Shown one piece after another: positions 55,669-64,000 of a stretch of 64,000 nucleotides of DNA. The stretch comes from Octopus vulgaris. Lineage: Eukaryota. A model generated the notes under the pieces. That model had not been told where the DNA came from. It was given only the letters and a program-made list of their open reading frames with translations, and made no database searches. Every line of letters begins with the position of its first letter. The stretch's first letter is position 1. Location of the stretch: positions 59,272,001-59,336,000 of the forward strand of contig OX597822.1 in NCBI GenBank assembly GCA_951406725.2, given 5' to 3'. Both the position numbers and the translations under genes were made by a program.

Positions 55669-55896
55669 GCACCTGCATTCGCACAGAAAACACACGCACA
55701 CACACACATGCACTCAGATGCATACACAAATACATACAAATACATACACGGTCACACATATACATACACAAGGTCACGTACGCGTGTGCATCATGCATAG
55801 ATATAAACATATTCACATTAGTCACACACAAGCATATGTGCACATAGGTGACCCACGAGGTAACGTGGCAATTATTTCATTCTTTTTGTTGTACAG

Positions 55897-55924
<28 letters not shown>

Positions 55925-55929
<5 letters not shown>

Positions 55930-56220
55930 AATCCAAACGGGAAAACAAAAAAACAACAACAATGGAACAATTACAGTATTATTATTAATAGGCGCTCAGG
56001 AAATGGAAGCAGGAGGGTATGACGTTTCGAGCGGAGCTCTTCGTCGGAAACATAAAGAAGGAAGAGAGAGGAAAGAAAGATCCCAAAGCGGGCAACAGGG
56101 ATAGAGAAAAAAAACGACTGGTGTTTACGAGTTACACATGGTGAAAGGCGGAAGTTTACGATAACAAGAGCAAAGTAGGTTTTTAGAGGCAAAAGAGTGG
56201 AGACAAGGTTGGTAACGCAA
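55925..56220 (-). mobile_element. Penelope 3' pseudo-LTR with hammerhead-like motif (56017-56051)
   Basis: Minus: gttt CCGACGA a GAGC tcc GCTC GAAA cg TC atac; downstream of and co-oriented with the RT-GIY-YIG ORF; ends in (TA)n. Confidence 0.78.
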
Positions 56221-58910
56221 CAGATGTGTGTGTATGTGTGAGTGTGTGCGTGTGCGTGTGTGTATGTGTGTGTGAGGCGAGATAAAAAAACAAAAAATAT
56301 ATGTATGTGTTAGTGTGTGCGTCTGTGTGTAGGCGTGTGAGGTAGGGCGAGGCAGTGGTAGGCATAGCAGGCACTGGTCAGTAGTAAGAAAAAGAAGGAA
56401 GGAGGAAGGGAGGGAGGGGAAGGGGTGGGGGCGTATGTAGCGTGCCAGCGTGTGTTGAGTAGTAGTGTGTGTGTGTGTCCAGTGTCGTGGTAGTATTAAT
56501 GGCGAGTAGATTGAATGTGTGTAAGAGTAATGTATATATTTAAGCAATGTGTGTATATGTGTGCGCGTGTGTGTAACAAAAAAAGGGGGGCGGTTAAGGA
56601 AAAAGGACTCCAGCTGAGGGGAAGATGGAAGGGTGGTCCCGCGGAGACGGGCGTGGGAAAACCCAACGCCAAGCGACGGTCCCAGGAACGAGCGGGAGGC
56701 CTCGTCGGGTCCAAGAGCGAGGTGCATGCGGCGCGTATGCGTGCGCGAACCGGCGCAAGCGCGTGTGTGCGCGCGCCTGCGAGTATGTGCGTAAGTGTGT
56801 ATGTGTGTGGATGTGTGAGTGTGTCTGTGTGTATGTCTGGGTGTCAGTGTGTCCGATGAAATGTATGTGAGTATGTGTGTATATATGTGTGTGCATAGAT
56901 GTATGTCCGTGTGTGTGTGTGTGTGTATGTGTATGAGTGTGTATGTATGTACGTGTGGGTGTGTGGAAGTGTGTGTATGTGCATGTGTGTGCGCGTACAT
57001 ACAGGTGTGTGAGTGAGTGTGTGTGTGTGTATGTATGTGTGAGTGTGTATGTATGTGTGTGTAGGATGCATGTATGTGTATGGGTGTATGTATGTGTGTG
57101 TGTATGTATGTATGTGTACGTGCGTGTGTGTGTGTATGCGTGTAGGTGTGCGCGTGTGCATGCATGCATGCATGTGCGTATGTGTGTGTGTGTGCATGTG
57201 TGTGGGTATATATGTATGTGCGCATATGTGTGTGTATGTGCGTACATGTGTGTGTGTGTATGCATGTGTGTGTATGTAGGTGTGTAGGCGTGTGTGTATA
57301 GGTGTATGTATGTAAGTATGTATGGGTGTGCCCGTGTATGTGTGTGTATGTATGTGTGTGTATGTAGGTGTGTGGGCGTGTGTATATGTGTGTGTATGTA
57401 GGTGTGTGGGCGTGTGTATATAGGTGTATGTATGTATGTCTGGGTGTGTCCGTGCATGTTTATGTGTGTGTGTGTATGCATGTGTATGTAGGTGTGTGTG
57501 TACGTGTGTAATGTATGTGTGTATGCGTGTGTGTGCGTGTGTATGCGTGCGTGTGTGTATGTAGGTGCGTGTGTATGTGTGTGGGAGTGTAGGTGTGTGT
57601 GTGCGTGTGCGTGTTTATGTTGGTGTGTGCGTATGTGAGTGTGAGTGTATGGGTGTTTGTCATGCATGTGTGTGCGCGTGCAGGTGAGTGTGTGTGTAAG
57701 TATGTGTGTGTGTATGTTTGTGTGAGTGTGTATGTGTGTATGTCTGTGTGTATGTATGTGCGTATAGGAGTATGTAGGTATGTGTGTGTGTATGTGTATG
57801 GGTGTATGTATGTATGTGTGTGTGTGTGCATGTGTATAAGTATATGTGTGTGTGCGTATGTGTGTGTATGTGTATGTGTGTGTGTTTATGTATGTGTGTA
57901 TGTATGTGTGTAGGCGTGTGTGTGTAGATGTATGTATGTATGGGTGTGTGTCTGTGTGTGTTTGTGTGTGTGTGTAGGTAGGTGTGTGTGTCTGAGTGAG
58001 GGTATGGCTGTGTCGGTGTGTGTGTGTATGAATGTAAGTGTGTGTGTGTACAAGTGTAATGTATGTATGTAGGTGTGTGTGTGTGTGTATGTGTACGTGT
58101 GCGTGTGTATGTGTGTGTGTGTATGCGTGTGAGTGTGAGTGTATGGGTGTATGTCTGTGTGTGTGTATGTCTGAAGTAGGTATGTGTGTGTATGTATGTA
58201 TGTGTGTGTGTGTGCGGGTATGTGTGTGTGTGTGTATGTGTGTGTGTGAGTAGGTGTGCGTGTATGTATGTGGGTAGGGATGCATGCGAGTGTGTGGGTA
58301 TGTATGCATACATACGCACGCGCACATCCGAAGCAAGCCCACACACACGAAGCGCGCTCACGCACACAACGCGCAAGCAGTACAACGCAAGCCCAAGGGG
58401 CCGACCAAGCCCCAGCGCGCGCCAAGGCGCGCGAGCGCAAAGGCCCTCGAACGCCCCGCTACGCGGGAACCGAGGATCAATCAGCCAAAACCGGAAAGCA
58501 GAAAAGAGGGGGGCTGCCTGGATGCAAAAAGGTGTATGTGTGTGTGCATTCAGTGTAAGGGTGTGCATGTGTGGGTATGTATGTATGTGTGTGCCTACAT
58601 GTATGTGTGCATGTGTGTGTGTGTGAAGTATGTACGTGCGGTGTGTGTGTGTGAGTGTGTGTGTATGTATGTGCGTATGTATGTGTGTATGTCTGTGTGT
58701 GTGTGTGTGTGTAAGTATGTATGTGTGTGTGTATGTAGGTATGTGTGTGTGTATGTGCGTGTTGGTTTGTATGTTAGTGTGTGCATGTATGTCTATAAGT
58801 GTGTGTGATTAAATGTGTGAATGTATGTACGTAGATGGGTCTACGTATGTGTGTGTGTGAACAGGCGTGTGGGAGGTAGGTGGGTGGGTGTGTGTGGGTG
58901 GTGTATCCGG
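56221..58910. repeat. 2.7-kb scrambled GT/GTAT low-complexity tract with GC-rich islands
   Basis: Irregular GT-rich sequence; islands at ~56575-56780 and ~58310-58530. Confidence 0.9.
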
Positions 58911-58925
58911 AAAAAAAAGGAGATC

Positions 58926-60104
58926 TCAAGAGGAGGGGGCTGTGTTAAATCCGTGCGGGGTGGTAGTTTGTAGGGTGAAGATGTAGCGTTGCTCCAAGTG
59001 GAGCCTGGAAAGTGGGCGACCATTGTGGGGGGGCGAGACCAAACACTGAGATGTCATCTAGGGAATGGCCGACCGAGCGGAAGTGGCGTGCGACGGGAGA
59101 AAAAGAGTGTAGGCGAACGTCCCTCAAGTGTTCAGTGAAACGGTCGGACAACCAGCGTCCCGTCTGTCCTACATACAGCATCCCGCATAGGTTGCATTTA
59201 ATGCAGTAAATAAGGCCAGACGAGGTGCACGTAAAGAGTGCCTAATGCGTACAGTATGCTGGTTGGAGCCGGTGACAGCGGTGGTGTTGGTGATGAAGGG
59301 GCAAGTGTTGCAGCGGGATCTAGAGCAAGGGAATGATCCGTGTGGGGCTGAGGGGGAAGGAGAGAGGGTGCTGTGGACCAGGAGGTCACGCAGATTGCGG
59401 GCTCGTTTGAAAGAGGACAGGGGTGGGTTAGGGAAAATGGGGCGGGTGGTGGGATCAAGCTGTAGGCGACGGAAGGCACGTAGTATCTTGCGACGAAGGG
59501 GTAGTGTAGAGGGGTGGAAAAGGAGGGGGAAGGGGGTGCGGTTGGGGGGTGGGCGGCGGGAAGGAGACAGGGCGGTAGTGCGGTCGATGCGACGGGCGCG
59601 GGTGAGGGCATCAGAGAGGAGTATGGGTGGGTAACCTCGGAGTCTGAACATGCGGGCCAGGTATTGAGATTGGGTCTCGAAATCCTGGTCGCGGCTGCAC
59701 AAACGTCGGAGGCGGAGGAACTGGGAGTAGGGGATGGCTCGTTTGGTGTGGAAGGGGTGGGAGGAAGAGAAGTTGTGATAGAGGTGGGAATCCGTAGGTT
59801 TAAAGAAGGCGGTGGTGGTGAGAGAGTTGGAGGGGTGATCGATGCGGAGAGAGATGTCAAGGAAGTTGACAGAGGTGTTGGAGATGGTGGAGGTGAATTG
59901 AAGAGAGGGGTGAAAGTTGGAAAGGAAAGTGATGAATTGGCAGAGAAGTTCACTGGAAAGGGAGGTGGCACCTACGCAGTCGTCGATATAGCGACCGTAT
60001 AGTTCGGGGGTCGGCCCAGAGAACTGGGAGAACACTTGGGCCTCAATGTAACCAAGAAAGAGATTGGCGAAATTGGGGCCCATCCTAGTTCCCATCGCGA
60101 CACT
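58926..60104 (-). mobile_element. Penelope-like element (Neptune-type), 5'-truncated RT + GIY-YIG endonuclease
   Basis: VAMGTRMGPNFANLF, RYIDD, VNFLD, KPTD..SSHP..IPYSQFLRLRRLCS, CSRSRCNTC, then after a frameshift LIYCIKC..LYVGQTGR..RFTEH..VARHF..LEQRYIFTL..PHGFN. Confidence 0.93.
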
Positions 60105-60239
60105 AGATAAAATAAAATAAATAAAATAAATAAATATTATTATATAGTTCTCATTCTCCCTTTTACTCAAGCTTCCAACTCCCGTTGGGAAACGCTTCCT
60201 TTTTGATCATGGATAAAGAAAACATTTTCTCACCCTTCA

Positions 60240-60500
60240 AATTAGCTATAATTACAAAATGAACTAGTATGCTTAATGTAGCATCACCTACCAACACAAC
60301 TGTTGTATCTGTTTCGGTGAGAAATTGCACATATTGCAACAGTTTGCGGTATACCTTAACAAAGTTATCTGTCATTCTCCTGCAACAAGTCGGGTTCTCT
60401 ACTTGCCAAATTTAAACCATCAGCTATTAAAAATAACCTGTAAGTTTCTAACTCCACATACACCAACAACTCATACTTCCGTTTACACGAAATCTGAACT
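60240..60500. repeat. diverged direct repeat of 62198-62861 (that copy is split by a SINE)
   Basis: Shared blocks gcatcacc, gagaaattgca.atattgcaacag, ggttctctacttg, ataccaaca, tttacacga.atctgaa. Confidence 0.8.
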
Positions 60501-60947
60501 GTATTTCTGCTGTCAACAAAGGGACTAATTGAAAAATAAGCAGTTCATACATTTCATAAACCTTTACTTAAACCGTTATAAACCTTTCATAATCTTCCAT
60601 AAGCCTATTTTAAAATACTGGACTCTATTCAGAACAAGGGAGAATACTCCTCTATACCGTACACCGGTTACCAGCAACTGATCTCTCATCAGCCAGTATT
60701 ACTAAGCAGAGTATTATAAATGGTCGATAGCTACAATTCTGCGACGTGATCTGAACCAGTCCATGACAACGGACATAATTCATAATCAAATGACACTCAG
60801 CTTCACACGAAGACTGTGAAAGTCAGAAGATACATTAGAACGTTCAGGAATGTACTTCTTATTTCTGTGAAACTTTAAGTGATGCGAAGTGAGTTAAATT
60901 GCTAATACAAATAAGCAAATCCTTATGTGCACTGTGTGTGTGTACGT

Positions 60948-60990
<43 letters not shown>

Positions 60991-60991
60991 T

Positions 60992-61990
60992 ATGGAGTTC
61001 ATGTAAAAATAATCGTGGTTTTTCGCCAACTATTTTAAAGCAAATATACCGCATCTGAGAATAAATCTTATTAAAAGAACAGCTATTAGAGTTTAGGTTT
61101 TTTTGCGCCCCCCCCCAAAAAAAACCCTATTTATTCTAGGAGTATAAAGTTCAGGTGTTCTGTAACTGATGAATTCTTGCAAGACATTTTGAGCCGCTTC
61201 TGCTTCACTGTTGAAAACTTCTTTTGCAAAAAGTTATCGAGATGCTTGTGGGGTAAACTGGATGCGGCAGAGCTTCGTGGTCTAGCTCGTTCGATTTCTG
61301 TAGAGTTATTTTGCTAGGCATGTGACCGGGCGTTGTTTTAGAGAATATTTAGTCTTTTCCAGCTGAGTGATGCTGGATGTAAATGTCGCAACTATTAAAA
61401 TTATTTTGTCGATCTCCTGTCAATACTTCTCAGCTGTAGAAGATTACAATGGTTATGACATTCTTTTGATGTAGCTTTGGTTTAGGAGAATGTTTTCTTG
61501 TTTCATCTCGGTCCAGCTACTGCGTCGAAAACCGCCGTTTGTTATGTAGAATCCGTTTTTGATGCAATATCGCAAGATAATCGATAAATTGGTCGTTTTT
61601 ATTTACTTAGCGCGCAGAAGAGAATTTGTAGTTGCGAGCGTTTCTTTTTATTTTCGGCCAGCTCGCGCGGCGGCACATTTTTCGAGCCTTTTGATTTAGC
61701 AATTGTCGTGCAAATATAGAACTACAATATTGTTATCGCTTAGGTCTTTAGTAATCTATGTTATTTTACTTTGAGTCCACTTCAACATTGACTCCTATTT
61801 CGTTGTGGAAAATAGCAGAAAGGTCGGCTGAGACGTTCCTTCAAAGATTTTGTCTCCATTAGGAAATATTCGGAAGTAATGATATGTATGTTCAATGATG
61901 AGGGCTCAACTGACTTACTATGTTGAATTTTGCACTCTTGTATCGTTTTCATTCCATTTTTTAATTTCACAGCCCAAAATAAACAATAGT
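60992..61990 (-). mobile_element. decayed mariner (cecropia/Hsmar1-like)
   Basis: TIR-like aaaataatcgtggtttttcgcca; minus-strand NNARSH, TLQK, LDNFLQ remnants. Confidence 0.65.
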
Positions 61991-62290
61991 AAACAGAGAA
62001 AGCAGAGTCGTTTGCATAAAAGAAAACATTGAAACTTTTTCCTCAGCATGATATAATACATGAACATAATTAATGAAAGTTTATTTTTCCAAAATTAGTA
62101 TCAGAGCTTAAAATAACAAAACCGCAAATATGTTTGCACCATTACATACAACTCCACTCACCCATCCACTTAAACACACACACACGCACACACACAAGTT
62201 AGTTATAGTTGCACAATGAACTTGAAAACAATATCGCATCACCACCCAGCAAAGTTGTCGTTTCTGTCTCCGCGAGAAATTGCAGATATT

Positions 62291-62686
62291 CTTTTCTACT
62301 CTAGGTACAAGGCCCGAATTTTTTTTGTAGGGCAAGGGGACCAGTTAATTAGATCGACCCCGAAAGGATGAAAAGCAAAGTCGACCTCGGCGGAATTTGA
62401 ACTCAAGTACATAAAGACAGACGAAATACCGCTAAGCACTTTCGCCCGACGTGCTAACGTTTCTTATTTCTTTATTACTAAACACAGAGGGGACGAACAA
62501 GGACAGACAAACGGATTAAGTTGATTATATCGACCCCAGTGCGAAACTGGTACTTAATTTATCGACCCCGAAAGGATGAAAGACAAAGTCGACCTCGGCG
62601 GAATTTGAACTCAGAACGTAACGGCAGACGAAATACGGCTACGCATTTCGCCCGGCGTGCTAACGTTTCTGCCAGCTCGCCGCCTT
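62291..62686 (-). mobile_element. composite two-unit Nin/Deu SINE with 17-bp TSD
   Basis: gagaaat(t/a)gcagatatt at 62274-62290 and 62687-62703. Confidence 0.92.
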
Positions 62687-62859
62687 GAGAAATAGCAGAT
62701 ATTGCAACAGCTAGTTATATCTTTTAACAGGAAAAGTGATCTATCATTCTACAACCACAAGCGAGGTTCTCTACTTGTTAACTTTAAAACATAACTAACC
62801 TATAAAATTTTACTCCCCATATACCAACAGCTCGCAGCTTCACTTTACACGAGATCTGA

Positions 62860-62928
<69 letters not shown>

Positions 62929-62943
62929 TATACATATATATAT

Positions 62944-63145
62944 GGCAGGAACGTTGGCATACCGGGCGAAATGTTTAGCGGCATTTTGTCCATCTTCACG
63001 TTCTGAGTTCAAACTCCGCCGAGGTCGACTTTGCCTTTCATCCTTTCGGGGTCGATAAATTAAGTATCAGTTGCGTACTGGGGTTGATCTAATCGACGGG
63101 CCCACACAATTCGGGCCTTGTGCCTAGAGTAGAAAAGTAGAAAAG
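62944..63145 (+). mobile_element. Nin/Deu-domain SINE
   Basis: gcctttcatcctttcggggtcgataaattaag core; ccttgtgcctagagtagaaaag tail. Confidence 0.9.
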
Positions 63146-63585
63146 AATAATAAATCTCTGAGCGAGATGTAAACAGTATCAACACGACTTCGTGAAGTAT
63201 ATGTGCCACCTAAATGTGGTTGACCCATGTGGTACGATGCTACTGTAGTTTATAGCCACAGGAAGACATCTCCTCCAGTTGGCTAACGACACACTGTCTG
63301 TGCCCGATTAATATTTGCGAAAGGAAATCATCGTTCCCATTTCTAGCCTGACGTGATACACACGGACCCGGGCCTCTGGGTAGTAACCCGTCATCAGCGT
63401 GTGACAATCCCGATGATTTCCCTTCGCAAATACTGATAGGGCACAGACATTGTGAAAGGAGATGTCTTTCTGGGACTATAAACTGCAGTAGCATCGTCCC
63501 ATATGGGTCAGCCACATTTAGGTGGCACATATATTTCACGATGTCGTGTTGTTACTGTTTACATCTCGCTCAGAGATTTATTATT
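63146..63585. mobile_element. foldback MITE-like element with ~180-bp inverted arms
   Basis: aataataaatctctgagcgagatgtaaacagta... pairs with ...tactgtttacatctcgctcagagatttattatt; arms ~63146-63333 and ~63411-63585. Confidence 0.9.
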
Positions 63586-64000
63586 GTTTGTTTCTCCTTT
63601 TTCGAGCTCAGCGACTTTTTGTCACTGGAAAAAGTACATGTATTTGTGTTCGAAAGCATTTCTCATCCCTAACCGGCTCTTGGCTGTTGCAGATGTGGGT
63701 TTGATTCCCTCCGCTACACGTGGTTCGAACGACGCGTGCTGCTTTGAAGCGGTGTGTTTATGCTTTCTCTCGTCGTTTGAGGAGAGTTAGCGATGGCTGG
63801 AAAGAAGAATTTATTCTACTCAGACTTTAGTGGGTCTGCGTTGTCTACTCCGGAGGAAGAGCTGCTGAGAACAGTCAAGGAAATGAATTGGAAACAAGGA
63901 AAATGAATTTTGCGGATGTGGCAAAAGGCGCGGAAGACAATGTGGTGATTGAAATTTCTATGTTTTTGTTTTTATGTTTTCGTTTCTCATTGTGTTCAAG

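Noticed and set aside
63793-63940. Possible LINE ORF1 start (MAGKKN..NFADVAKG)
   Set aside because: Short, frameshifted and at the window edge.

Overview
AT-rich eukaryotic intergenic or intronic DNA, most likely from an octopus or other cephalopod (inferred from the SINE families and very dense (TA)n/(CA)n/(TACA)n microsatellites). I could not support any intact host protein-coding gene; nearly all ORF-track entries are microsatellite artefacts. The window is a transposon graveyard: about 25 tRNA-derived SINE copies (Nin/Deu-domain, CORE-like and two further head/tail types), remnants of RTE, Tx1/L1 and R4/Dong LINEs, several Tc1/mariner derivatives, a Merlin transposase remnant, a hAT MITE with 8-bp TSD, foldback elements and two Penelope-like elements (a decayed Naiad-type and a nearly intact Neptune-type RT-GIY-YIG). 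Two signals stand out. (1) About eight hammerhead-ribozyme-like motifs, most in Penelope pseudo-LTR fragments sitting in microsatellites, plus a ~270-bp direct-repeat-flanked retrozyme-like unit whose type I hammerhead has a compensatory U3-A8 core. (2) Repeated nesting of a young SINE inside the head of older related SINE copies, with homology-resolved junctions. All family calls are by eye and coordinates of decayed elements are approximate.
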